From positions 1 to 63,092 of the IMG/VR virus record IMGVR_UViG_3300005805_000087: DNA of 63,092 bases. The stretch is one strand, 5' to 3'. A program made the translations under genes and the position numbers. Below, one piece after another: positions 47,298-58,100 of this stretch. Positions within the stretch are counted from its first letter, which is position 1. Every line of letters starts with the position of its first letter. The DNA comes from a virus. Lineage: Duplodnaviria; Caudoviricetes. The notes beneath the pieces were generated by a model. It was not told the DNA's origin and did not search any database. It saw only the letters and a list, made by a program, of their open reading frames with translations.

Positions 47298-47867
47298 ATG
47301 AAGCTTGATAAATCAGAAGTTTTGTTATTAACGCACATTCTACATAACGCAAAAATGAGTAACAGCGTTGATTGGGAAAGCGTTGAAAATTTTAATAGAC
47401 TCTATAATAAGCTGTCGGCTTATTTAATCGGTTCAACACTTGATGTTGAAGATCGAACTGCATTTATCAAGCACCTCGAAGACGATGGAGAAGATTGTCC
47501 TTGGCAGGAAGAATCACTAGAGGACGATGCACAGTCTTTTGATGAGCATGCTTATGAAGAAAAGAAGTTAGATGGAGATTACCAATTAACTTTCTCAGAC
47601 ATACAACAACTCGAATCTCTACCAGTGATTTACAAGGGAAAGAATAAAATCCTCAAGTTTGAAGATGGAATCTCTGGTATGCTGGATATTTGCCTCGGCG
47701 AGAAAGATGATGATTTAATCCTAGACGTTACGAAGCTCGTTCGCAAAGAATCAGAATTGCACGCTAAAGTAATTTCTGGTTGGATTGTATTTAAAGTCGA
47801 ATCTTTCCCAGCGACTTGGGAAAAGTTATTAGAGCTTGATAAAACAGTTCAAGTGGAGGAAAAATGA
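47298..47867 (+). CDS. Hypothetical acidic protein
   Basis: 189 aa ORF; GAGGG RBS. Confidence 0.6.
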   Translation: MKLDKSEVLLLTHILHNAKMSNSVDWESVENFNRLYNKLSAYLIGSTLDVEDRTAFIKHLEDDGEDCPWQEESLEDDAQSFDEHAYEEKKLDGDYQLTFSDIQQLESLPVIYKGKNKILKFEDGISGMLDICLGEKDDDLILDVTKLVRKESELHAKVISGWIVFKVESFPATWEKLLELDKTVQVEEK

Positions 47868-48115
47868 ATCTTAATCTAACGCCAAGTCAATTTCTTGTTA
47901 TTTACAACATGGTTGTGAGAAATCCTGGCGTCGAAGCCAAGGAAATCCAGATAAAGATGGAAGGTGCTCTATTAGAAATTCTTTCAGAGACGGAAGACGG
48001 AATGAAGCAAAATAAATTTGAGCACTGGATGAAAGGTGAAAAAGAGAAAGTTGCATCCTTACAGGATGAGCTAAAGTCTATTAATTTGCCATCCTCTAAA
48101 AATGAAAATAAGTGA
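47864..48115 (+). CDS. Hypothetical protein
   Basis: GGAGG RBS; ATGA overlap with the upstream stop. Confidence 0.65.
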   Translation: MNLNLTPSQFLVIYNMVVRNPGVEAKEIQIKMEGALLEILSETEDGMKQNKFEHWMKGEKEKVASLQDELKSINLPSSKNENK

Positions 48116-48130
48116 ATTAAGGGGTAATAT

Positions 48131-48310
48131 ATGTCAGCTGCAACAGAAGATTTACTTTCGCAAATTATTTCAATTGAATCTTTGATCAAAGAAAAATCTC
48201 AACAAGGACAAGACGTTTCTCAATTAAAAGAACAGCTTATTGTTCTTCGTGAGCAATTTAATCTATTGAGCGAAAATTTAGGTGGGAATCAAAAAGTACT
48301 AAAAGGATAA
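48131..48310 (+). CDS. Small coiled-coil protein (59 aa, not in the ORF track)
   Basis: MSAATEDLLSQIISIESLIKEK...KVLKG*; AAGGGG RBS; fills the gap between neighbours. Confidence 0.6.
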   Translation: MSAATEDLLSQIISIESLIKEKSQQGQDVSQLKEQLIVLREQFNLLSENLGGNQKVLKG

Positions 48311-48311
48311 T

Positions 48312-48530
48312 ATGCAAGACGTAGATCTGTACCAACCGTTAATTCACAACCATAGAAGTCCTGCGCCATTGACACTTAGAGTAGGTGTTCGTGCGACCAC
48401 CGAACTTGTTGAAGGTGGAACAGCGTCTTCTTATTTAAAGCCTGAAACTTACGTTTTATTATCAGCTCTTCCAAAAGAGCTTCAGGAACGAGTGAAGACA
48501 GCTGTTCAAGCTCTCATTTATGGAATGTAA
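48312..48530 (+). CDS. Hypothetical protein
   Basis: 72 aa; AAGGA RBS. Confidence 0.6.
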   Translation: MQDVDLYQPLIHNHRSPAPLTLRVGVRATTELVEGGTASSYLKPETYVLLSALPKELQERVKTAVQALIYGM

Positions 48531-48545
48531 TGCATAGTTATCTGC

Positions 48546-48716
48546 GTGAAGCAGATGATGACAGGTTACATGCCCTTTGGCGCGCGTCGAACGATGACAC
48601 AAAGCTCTTCAGTTTCTGAAGATGAAGAAACTAAAAAAGAGATTGAAGAAGAGGATATTGATGAAAACTTGCGGCTCTTTATAAGAGAAACGCTGCAAGA
48701 AATATTCAAGTCGTAA
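48546..48716 (+). CDS. Small acidic protein (56 aa, not in the ORF track)
   Basis: GTG start after ATAGTTA (48534); ends ENLRLFIRETLQEIFKS*. Confidence 0.45.
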   Translation: MKQMMTGYMPFGARRTMTQSSSVSEDEETKKEIEEEDIDENLRLFIRETLQEIFKS

Positions 48717-48756
48717 ATTAAGTATGGGCTCAAGAATACTTATTCTTTAGAGAACC

Positions 48757-49941
48757 ATGCCCAGCTTCATAAGCACTGTCAGCCCTACTCCTTTCGGCTT
48801 CTTTGATTCTGATACGATATTTCAAACTGAAGCCGATGCGATGATTACATTTGTCAAGCGTAAGCTTGGTGATGATGTTCTTTCAGTCGAGTTGACGAAA
48901 AAAGAAATTTGGGCCTGTTTTGAAGAGGCATGTTGTGAGTACAGCCGTCTTATCCATGAGACCAAGATAACGTCTGAGTTAACAAACGTCCTTGGTTTAC
49001 CAAAAGATGGTCAAGACTTTACCAACAAGTATTCACAATCCAGCCTTGAGTTTTTGATTCGTAAAGCTGAACCATATGCCAATGAATCTTTCGTCGGAGG
49101 TTCTTACAACGCAACTCTAGGTTATCTTGACCTTGAAAACAATCGTCAAGATTACGACATTTATTCAGAGTTAAAAATTGCATCCGGTACTCTCGCCGGT
49201 AGCAACGTGTTTGATTCTATTCCGACAGGTTCAAAGGGCAAGATGAAGATTGTGGAGGTCTTCCACTTTGAACCGTTGGCGGCACAGACGTTCCTTCTCA
49301 ATGCCTCGAACATCACGAACTTCCTGGCCACAAACTTCAACTATGAATCGTACGTCAACTCGACGGTGTTCTACGTCCTCCCAATCTTCGAAGATGTTCT
49401 CCGTCGCGGAATGCTCGAGAGTGCCTTCAGAGTACGTCGTTCAAATTATTCCTATGAAGTATTAGGTACCAAGCTCAGGATTTATCCTATACCGGTTTCT
49501 GACCTACAGGTGGGTAGATTATACATCAAGGTGATGCCACCAAAAGACCCATATAATCCAGCGTATACTGATGACGCATTGAATGGTATTTCAGGACCAA
49601 ATACATTCCCATTAGGAAATATCCCATTCACATCAATTAATCAACCTGGACGTCAATGGATTCGACAATATACGCTGGCTCTATGTAGAGAATTACTTGG
49701 TTTAATTCGTTCCAAATTCCAAAGTATTCCTATCCCCAATGCTGATCTACAATTAAACGGTGAGTCTCTTGTGTCTCAAGGTCGTGAAGACAAAGAAAAG
49801 CTTATCACACAGATGAAGGAGTTCCTCGCAAACTTAACCCATCAGAAGTTGCTGGAAGCTGACGCATTAGCAGCTGAGAATCTTCAGAAGCAACTAAGAT
49901 ACATCCCGATGCCACTTGGCAAGGGAATAACGATCGGATGA
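48757..49941 (+). CDS. Neck protein (T4 gp13-like)
   Basis: KRKLGDDVLSVELTKKEIWACFEEA and WIRQYTLALCRELLG...LNGESLVSQGREDKEKL. Confidence 0.82.
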   Translation: MPSFISTVSPTPFGFFDSDTIFQTEADAMITFVKRKLGDDVLSVELTKKEIWACFEEACCEYSRLIHETKITSELTNVLGLPKDGQDFTNKYSQSSLEFLIRKAEPYANESFVGGSYNATLGYLDLENNRQDYDIYSELKIASGTLAGSNVFDSIPTGSKGKMKIVEVFHFEPLAAQTFLLNASNITNFLATNFNYESYVNSTVFYVLPIFEDVLRRGMLESAFRVRRSNYSYEVLGTKLRIYPIPVSDLQVGRLYIKVMPPKDPYNPAYTDDALNGISGPNTFPLGNIPFTSINQPGRQWIRQYTLALCRELLGLIRSKFQSIPIPNADLQLNGESLVSQGREDKEKLITQMKEFLANLTHQKLLEADALAAENLQKQLRYIPMPLGKGITIG

Positions 49942-49949
49942 GGTAAAGG

Positions 49950-50645
49950 ATGGCGAGACTATTCATTACGCCGCGTGAATACAACTTTATCTCTGATATA
50001 ACAAAGGAGATAATCAAGGATGTTGTAGGTCAGAAGATCATTTACTATCCGATCTCTGAGATCCGCACGCAGACTCACGAAGTCTATAATGAAGCTCTTA
50101 AGAAGATTTTCGATCAACCCATAATCATTGATGCTCTCGTGAATAACGAGTTTCAGACAGACACTCGAATCGATAAATTTGGTATCGACGCGCAGTATAA
50201 GATTGAAGTCTATATCCAGCACCGCGATCTTGTAGAAAAAGGAATCAGCGTTAACATCGGAGACTTTTTTTCTTTCTCGGATATCTTCTATGAGATAACA
50301 GAACGTTCCTTCATGCGTAACATGTATGGCGCTGCAGAGCATAGAGATGGTGTACGTTTAATCGGCATTAAGTCTCGCGAAGGACTTTTTACGGCGCCGA
50401 TTATTGGACCAACAGACATCAAATACACAGATTCAGATGCTGTACAAACGACGTTCGTTCAGCAAAGAGGTAAAGCTGTGGATCAAGATGGTAATCCAAC
50501 AGGAGACGTTAGGGATCTTGTTAAAAATGGTGTTCTTGATGAACCCTTAACAGGTCCTAAAGAAGTATCTCCAAAGGGAGATGCACCTGGAACTAATACT
50601 GGTTCTGGATTCTACGAAGGTTCTTCATTCTATGATGAGGATTGA
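49950..50645 (+). CDS. Neck/head-closure protein (T4 gp14-like)
   Basis: Follows gp13; EIIKDVVGQKIIYYP, DKFGID, GDFF...YEIT. Confidence 0.65.
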   Translation: MARLFITPREYNFISDITKEIIKDVVGQKIIYYPISEIRTQTHEVYNEALKKIFDQPIIIDALVNNEFQTDTRIDKFGIDAQYKIEVYIQHRDLVEKGISVNIGDFFSFSDIFYEITERSFMRNMYGAAEHRDGVRLIGIKSREGLFTAPIIGPTDIKYTDSDAVQTTFVQQRGKAVDQDGNPTGDVRDLVKNGVLDEPLTGPKEVSPKGDAPGTNTGSGFYEGSSFYDED

Positions 50646-50647
50646 TT

Positions 50648-51940
50648 ATGACTACTAGATTTGACGCAATAGACGCAAAAAATTACGGAGTTCCTGGCGT
50701 AAAGTCTGGTTATGATGGAAACGTAAAGTCTGAACTATCAATACCGTCTTGCGGAGTCGAGGATGTTGACACATCTTTATTCAATCTTTTTGATAAAGAA
50801 ATTCAACCGATGGTTGGTGGTATCCAAGGCGCAGAGCTGAAGAAAGTTCCAATTATTTTTGCTGCTGGTGAAAAATGGGCTCTTTTAAAGAAGGGTCGTC
50901 CTCTTCGTGATAAAAACAACACACTAATTTTACCGCTAATAACGATTGCAAGAATGAGCCTCAATCAAGGCCCAGAAGATTACGCAGGACGTGGCATAAA
51001 TCAGCAGACAGGCGAGATTGTGGTACGACGCAGGTTAGACTCCTCTGATAGGGATTATCAAAATTTGATTAATAGAAACCTTCTTATTAATCAAACTAAT
51101 CTTGCAGTGACAGGCTCAATGAAGATGGTGGCCAATCAGCTTTTAACTGATAGACATATTGGTAATTTACAGAATGATTCTAACGTTCGTTCTGGTGCTT
51201 TATTAGCTGCGAATAGAACGAATAATATTTTTGAGACATTAGTTGTACCTGCTCCACAGTTTTATACAGCACAATATGAAGTAACAGTTTGGGCGCAATA
51301 TATGCAACACATGAACCAAATTGTAGAAAAACTCATGTCTTCATTTTTACCACAAGCGCAATCATGGAAACTAATAACGCCTAAAGGATATTGGTTTATT
51401 GCTTCAGTTGATGGAGGCGGATTTGCAGTTGAGACGAATTTTGATGATATGTCGTCTGCTGAAAGATACATTAAGTGTAAAATTCAGCTTAAAGTTCCTG
51501 CTTACGTTTGGGCATCTTCAGCACCCGGGGTACCAATACCTGTTAAGAGATATATTTCTTCTCCTATTATTGATTTCAATTTAGCAATTGATATTGGTGA
51601 TGCAGCTCCTGAAGAATTTTCTAACAATTACACTCTTGGTAGCGATGATCCTACCTTACCTTTAGATGAGCAACCAAATTTAAGAACAGACCAAAGAAGA
51701 CCTGGCTGGAGGTCACAAGTGATACAGCCATCTAATTCACAAGAAAATGTGGACGCCAATGATCCAGCATTAAAATCATATCCACGGGGTATTAATCCTG
51801 GTGTATACAAAAAACTTGATATGGGTGGAAATCAAGTTAAATACGTAAAGATTATCAAGACCAATGCTGCGACAGGCGAGACTGTTTATTCAGCTGCGGA
51901 TCTTGAAGCTTTAAAGATCATACCGGTTGGTTCTATTTAA
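50648..51940 (+). CDS. Tail terminator/sheath stabiliser (T4 gp15-like)
   Basis: KVPIIFAAGEKW, LPLITI, PAPQFYTAQYEVTVW...MNQIVE; lies before the sheath genes. Confidence 0.65.
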   Translation: MTTRFDAIDAKNYGVPGVKSGYDGNVKSELSIPSCGVEDVDTSLFNLFDKEIQPMVGGIQGAELKKVPIIFAAGEKWALLKKGRPLRDKNNTLILPLITIARMSLNQGPEDYAGRGINQQTGEIVVRRRLDSSDRDYQNLINRNLLINQTNLAVTGSMKMVANQLLTDRHIGNLQNDSNVRSGALLAANRTNNIFETLVVPAPQFYTAQYEVTVWAQYMQHMNQIVEKLMSSFLPQAQSWKLITPKGYWFIASVDGGGFAVETNFDDMSSAERYIKCKIQLKVPAYVWASSAPGVPIPVKRYISSPIIDFNLAIDIGDAAPEEFSNNYTLGSDDPTLPLDEQPNLRTDQRRPGWRSQVIQPSNSQENVDANDPALKSYPRGINPGVYKKLDMGGNQVKYVKIIKTNAATGETVYSAADLEALKIIPVGSI

Positions 51941-52016
51941 CTAAAATACATTATTGATTGATTTATCGATTTTTGCGAGATATTTATAGCTTGATCGACC
52001 GTGAAGGAGAATGGTA

Positions 52017-55000
52017 ATGGCTGAGCAAGTTTTTAGATCTCCCAATTTTTATGAACGTGAAATTGACCTTTCCGCCCCTGCAGTTGGTGGCCCAATAGGT
52101 ACACCAGCAGGTGTTGTTGGACCAGCGAATAAAGGTCCTGCATTCGTGCCAGTAACAGTTGCAAATTTCAATGAGTTCGTTACAGCATTCGGTAACCTCG
52201 ACCCCAAGTACTTTGGACCTTACGCGGTGAACGAGTTCCTCAAGAACCGTACGTCTTTAACGTATCTTCGTGTTCTTGGCGCTGGTGCAAATACAACAAT
52301 TGCACACTTTGATGATACAGCGACAAAGGGAACAGTTAACAACGCAGGCTTCAAGCTTCCTGGCACGGTCGCTGTAGCTGATACACGCCATACCGAAGTT
52401 GTTCAATTCATTGCTGCTCAACACACGCTGTCTGCCAATGAGGCTTACGGTATGCCAATGTTTAGCGATAATAACTCCTTCCCTGGTGTCACAGCTGGTA
52501 GTGAAGTTAACATTATCCGCGGTATGGTCATGGTTCCTTCAACAGCACGTCTCTTTGTGCTAAATGGAACCGAGGCTGTCCCGGCCGGTGCTTCTATCGC
52601 AACTCTCGATGACGAGGCTCAAGCTAAAAACATCAACAGTAAGCCAAAGGTTAAGATTCTTATTTCTTCTTCCTTAGGTGCAACATTTGCAAATGATGAA
52701 GGAAAAATAGGCGTCAAAATCTTGACAGCTTCTTTCGACCCAACTGCCGATGATTATTTCGGAAAGGTTCTCAACACAGACCCAGACAAGTTCTACACGT
52801 ACCAACACTATCTTGCCGCTGACTTTGCTGTCGACGCTCAGGTCGCTGAAGTTGCAGAAGATAACTACATCGCGATATTGTCGGGCTCCGGATTGACAGA
52901 TAATTCCTCGGGTGATGCAACACTCACCTATCGTCAAATCTTTGGTTCCTATAACACACGCTTCAAGGCGCCACAGACTCCAATGTTCATCTCGCAACCG
53001 TTCGGTGCGACGGAGTATGATCTCTTTAAGATTGAAGCTCTTGATGATGGTGAGTATGCAAACTCGCTCTACAAGATCTCAATTGCGAACGTTAAAGCTT
53101 CAGCGGACAATACCAACAAGTATGGTACGTTCAACCTCCAGATTCGCGATTGGAGTGATTCCGATATAAGCCCAGTTATTATTGAAGAGTTCGTCAACTG
53201 TACTCTTGATCCTGATTCGGACAACTATGTCGCAAAGCTTGTCGGTGATCGCAAGGTTTATTACCATTTCGATGCAATCGACCCACGCGAGCGTCGCCTT
53301 GTCGCAACAGGTAAGTACTCGAACAACTCCAAGTATGTTCGCGTAATCATGTCTGAGTTAGTCGAGAAGAAGCTTGTTCCAGACACAGCTCTTCCATTCG
53401 GCTTCCATGGACCATCTTTGCTCAAGACTAACAACAACGTTAACGCTCTTGCTCAAATTGCAATTGGATCCGGTCGCCTCGGCGCAACCGGTCTCACTGG
53501 CACACACTTCCTTTCTGGTTCTATTCTTCCTCCAATCCCATACCGTTATAAGGTTACGCGAGGAGAAGTTTCGACAACAAGCACAATTGCCGGTGCACCA
53601 GGCTCAAAGGAAGTTACACTTCCATCCTTGTACTGGGGTGTTAAGTTTGAAAGAAACGCCACAACTCTTGCTAACGATGTTCTTAATCCAAACGTTATCA
53701 GCGAAAAGAACAAGCTTATTGGTTCATTAACAAAGTTCATGGGCATTGAGAAGCTTGACGCTCTTCACACTGGGTCGAACATCGATCTCTTCAATAGCAA
53801 CAAGTTCAGCCTTGCCAAGGTTGCATTAAGCAACACTTCAACAACCGACGTAACAGGCTCAGCTTCTGCTCATATGAAGGAAGCAGCATACATTAGAAAT
53901 GCAACGCCTGATTCAACAGACTACACAGTTTCTGATGGTACTGTGACCAACCGTGTGACATTAGCAACACTTCTTGCGAAGACAAGCGCTGCAAACTACA
54001 ACCGCTTCGCACCATTCGCAAAGTTCACCACCTTCATGTATGGCGGTTTTGATGGTGTCAACTATCTAGATCGCGATGCTCGCCGTCTCAATGATAAGTC
54101 TGTTTCTTTCGATGCAGATACTCTTTCCACAGGAGGCGCTGCAGCAAGCTACGTTCCATCGGGCTTCTCAACAGCAGTCAATGGCACCGGCAAGGATAAC
54201 AATGGCGTTGCATCTTATAATGCAGCAGTAGATATCATGACGGATCCATACTCCGTCGGTATTAACATCCTTAACGTCCCAGGCGTTCGTGAACCATATA
54301 TCAACGATCTAACATCTAAGAAAGTACAAGCCTACGGTCTTGCACTCCACTTAATGGATATTCCAGCATATAATGACGATGGATATCGTCTCTATGATGA
54401 CTCGACAGAGAAACCATCAGTTGCTGAGACGGTGGACGCATTCGACGCTAGAGCAATCGATAACAACTACGTTTCTACGTATTTCCCAGATGTCTACGTC
54501 GATGATCAAACGAATGTCCGTAGAGTAAAGGTTCCTGCCTCAGTTGCAGCCCTTGGAGCGCTCGGTTTCAATGACCGTGTGTCTTATCCATGGTTTGCTC
54601 CTGCTGGTTTCAACCGCGCAGCTCTCGACTTCGTGACCAACGTTGCGGTTCGTCTTAACGTCGGCGATCGTGATCGTCTCTATGATTCACGTATCAACCC
54701 AATCGCGACATTCCCACGCCTCGGCTTCGTGATCTACGGTCAAAAGACCTTGCAGGTCTCCAAGTCAGCGCTTGATCGCGTTAACGTTCGTCGCCTCCTC
54801 CTCGAGGTTAAGCGAATCGTGATTGGAATCGCACAGCGCATTGTCTTCGAACAAAACACCCCTGCAGTCCGCAATCGCTTCGTCTCAGACGCAGTTTTCC
54901 AGCTTGGTTTAATCCAAACACAAGCCGGTCTTGAGGCCTTCCAGGTTGTGATGAACGAGACAAACAACACCCAGGAGGATATCGACCTCAACCGCCTCAA

Positions 55001-55088
55001 CGGTAGAATCGTCGTTGTCCCAACTCGCTCGATCGAGTACATCGCAATCGACTTTATCGTAACTAACGCGGGCGTACAGTTCGTGTGA
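52017..55088 (+). CDS. Tail sheath protein 1 (gp18-like)
   Basis: SPNFYEREID, GPAFVP, PWFAPAGFNR, INPIATFP, GQKT, LDRVNVRRLL, FEQN, PTRSIEYIAIDF. Confidence 0.93.
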   Translation: MAEQVFRSPNFYEREIDLSAPAVGGPIGTPAGVVGPANKGPAFVPVTVANFNEFVTAFGNLDPKYFGPYAVNEFLKNRTSLTYLRVLGAGANTTIAHFDDTATKGTVNNAGFKLPGTVAVADTRHTEVVQFIAAQHTLSANEAYGMPMFSDNNSFPGVTAGSEVNIIRGMVMVPSTARLFVLNGTEAVPAGASIATLDDEAQAKNINSKPKVKILISSSLGATFANDEGKIGVKILTASFDPTADDYFGKVLNTDPDKFYTYQHYLAADFAVDAQVAEVAEDNYIAILSGSGLTDNSSGDATLTYRQIFGSYNTRFKAPQTPMFISQPFGATEYDLFKIEALDDGEYANSLYKISIANVKASADNTNKYGTFNLQIRDWSDSDISPVIIEEFVNCTLDPDSDNYVAKLVGDRKVYYHFDAIDPRERRLVATGKYSNNSKYVRVIMSELVEKKLVPDTALPFGFHGPSLLKTNNNVNALAQIAIGSGRLGATGLTGTHFLSGSILPPIPYRYKVTRGEVSTTSTIAGAPGSKEVTLPSLYWGVKFERNATTLANDVLNPNVISEKNKLIGSLTKFMGIEKLDALHTGSNIDLFNSNKFSLAKVALSNTSTTDVTGSASAHMKEAAYIRNATPDSTDYTVSDGTVTNRVTLATLLAKTSAANYNRFAPFAKFTTFMYGGFDGVNYLDRDARRLNDKSVSFDADTLSTGGAAASYVPSGFSTAVNGTGKDNNGVASYNAAVDIMTDPYSVGINILNVPGVREPYINDLTSKKVQAYGLALHLMDIPAYNDDGYRLYDDSTEKPSVAETVDAFDARAIDNNYVSTYFPDVYVDDQTNVRRVKVPASVAALGALGFNDRVSYPWFAPAGFNRAALDFVTNVAVRLNVGDRDRLYDSRINPIATFPRLGFVIYGQKTLQVSKSALDRVNVRRLLLEVKRIVIGIAQRIVFEQNTPAVRNRFVSDAVFQLGLIQTQAGLEAFQVVMNETNNTQEDIDLNRLNGRIVVVPTRSIEYIAIDFIVTNAGVQFV

Positions 55089-55142
55089 AAAATTTAAGAA
55101 GAACTATATAGTTAAGTTAGCAGCTAGAATGGAGCATCGTAG

Positions 55143-58100
55143 ATGGCACAGCTAAAACTCGGCGCAGCAGGCGTAACAGCAAACGAAATCGATATTTCAG
55201 GACCAGTATCTCCAGAACCTGTAGGCGTTCCTGCAGGTATCATTGGTACAGCAAAACAGGGACCGGCATTCGTGCCAATCACTGTTGGTCGTCTTTCGGA
55301 CTTCGAAGCAAAGTTCGGAACAGTCGATAGCAAGTACTTTGGACCAATCGCGGTTCTTGAGTGGTTGCGTAATGCACAGGCTGTAACCTATCTTCGTGTT
55401 CTTGGCGTCGGCGACGGTCTTGAGCGTCAAAGCTCAACTGCGACATATCCTGGATCGGTCACAAACTCAGGTTTCGTTGTTGGTGAGCAACAGCCTTCAG
55501 GAACAGTCGGCGCCCTTGCTCCAAATCCATATGCGAATACAAATGGACAACCAGGAAGAACATACTTTCTCGGTTGCTACATGTCAGAATCTGTTGGTTC
55601 AACTTACTTTAGTGACGCAGGATTGCAGGCTGCTGGTTCCAACACAGCAACACCAATCATCCGTGGCGTTGTTATGGCAGCATCCGGTGTCCTTCTCGCA
55701 CTCTCTTCTTCGTTGGCAGGTGCGGTTTCTTCAGCTCCTAGTTCGACGCAGATCGGTAATGTGGAGAATAGTCCAAAAGGTGCGACAGTTGGATCTGTTG
55801 TCCTCACCCAGAACTCCGTTTCTAAGCAGGACTTCGTCCTTCTTCTTAATGGCCACAAGGGTCTTGACGTAAATAGCCCCAATGTTATTACGGCTTCTTT
55901 TGATCCATCTTCTAACAACTACTTCGCCAATGTCCTTAATAGAGATCCTCTCAAGCTCCAAGAAAAAGGATATTACCTCTATGCAAACTGGGACGTTCAT
56001 ACGGCCCTCGGCACTGTAACAGGCTCAGGAATTCTCTCGAGTTCCTTCGGCGCAGGTGGCACAATTGGTAAGACGGGAGAGGAACCTTCAGCATTCCTCG
56101 TAACTTCTTCTCTTGCTCGCAACGTCGGTTCAACAACTGTTCCAAACTTTGAGAACTTTGAAGATCGCTTTGGTTATGCGAAGTCTCCATGGGTTATCTC
56201 TCAAAAGTTCGGTGGTAAGCCTGTCAACCTTTTCAAGTTCCATGCCCGTGATGCCGGTCAGGATATCTCCAACCTCTACAAGATTTCCATCGAAAATATC
56301 ACTCCTTCTATCGATCCAATGAACCGATATGGTTCATTCACGGTCAAGGTTAGAAAGTGGAGCGACCGCGATTCGACGCAAACCCTCATCGCGACAGGCG
56401 AAAGCTTCGTTTGCGATCTCAACCCAACATCCGGCCGCTACATTGCGAAGGTCATTGGCGATCTAAACGCTTACTTCGACTTCGATCGTGCGATTGAAGA
56501 ACAAAAGCTCGTCATCGAAGGTGCGTATTCAAACAACTCCAACTACATTCGCGTTGAAGTTCATCCAGACGTTGAGAATGGATTCGTTGATCCAACGGCT
56601 CTTCCAATGGGCGTTCGTGGTGTAGCGCATCTCGTGACGTCGGGTTCTGCTACGTTCGCTGCGTTGCCAGAAAACACGTTCGCAAATAACAATATCGCAC
56701 AATCTGGTGCGACACTCGACGTTAACGTCCTTCGTAAGTCCGTGACACCACCGGTTCCATTCCGCAAGAAGGTTACTGATGGCACCGTGGATTCTGCTGT
56801 TGAGACTGCAAACACCAAGTACTACTGGGGTGTTCAGTTCGAGCAAGTTGAGCTTATTACAAAGCCAAACGCTTCGGTCCTCGCAAACAAGGGCATTGAA
56901 TCCTTTGCTAAGTACTTCCCAGACTTTGCAACTGTTCAGAAGCCTGTCCTCGTTGGTGATAACGCTGGTGCTGCTGATACAGCTGCTAACGGCATCATTG
57001 ATTCAGATAGATTCTGTAACAATATCTTTAGCCTTGAGCACATCCAAGTTGTTACAGGTTCCACAACCCGTGCGGATGTCCTTGAGTGGGATGAAGCCGT
57101 CTACGTTCGTAATGGTGTAATCGCTTCGAACGAAACTAACAAGACCCGCGCATTCGGAACACAAGATCTTGCGGACACAGCGAATCGCCAGTTCGCTAAG
57201 TTCACGTTCTTCCTCCAGGGCGGATTCGATGGTGTTAACATCTTCGACAAGGATGAGGCAGAACTCACAAACAACGCAGTATCTTCAGATATGGTATTTG
57301 GCAATGGCCGTCTCCTCAATGACGGACCAAACGTCAAAGCGTACACTAAGGCAGTGGATATCATGAAGAACACGACAAATATCGATGTTCAACTCCTTGC
57401 TATCCCAGGCCTCCGTCATCCAATAGTAACAGATTATGCTACTGTTGCGACGGAAGAAAGATTCGACGCTCTCTATCTCATGGATATCGAGCAGTACACT
57501 GAAGACGGAACTGCAGCTGAAAATGAAGTTCGTTTGGATACGCAGATTGCATCTGTTTCCAACACGGTCAATAGCTTCAAGGATCGTAACCTCGATTCTT
57601 CCTTCGCCGCGGCCTACTTCCCAGACGTTCTCTACGCAGCTCCCGATGGCAACAACGTCTTTGTTCCACCATCAGTGCTCGTTCTCGGCGCTCTTTCGTT
57701 GAACGATGCAGTGGGTCATCCATGGTTCGCACCAGCTGGTTTCACCCGCGGCGCCCTTCCACAGGCTGCTCTTGAGGCTCGCGTCAGACTCAAGGATGAG
57801 GACCTTGATTCACTCTATGATGAGCGTATCAACCCACTCATTGCTTTCGTCGGCGCTCCAAAGTCCGGTTTGAATCCATCTTCCGGGCTCGTGGTCTGGG
57901 GCCAAAAAACGCTCCAGCTCGCCGCATCGGCTCTTGATAGAGTGAACGTTCGTCGTCTCCTCATCGAGATTCGTCGTCAGGTTCGCGAGATTGCTCAAAC
58001 AATCATCTTCGAACAAAATCGCGAAGCAACCCTCGCTCGTTTCTCTGCTGCCGTTACCCCACGTCTCCAGAGAATTCAAGCTCTCGCAGGTCTCGAGAGA

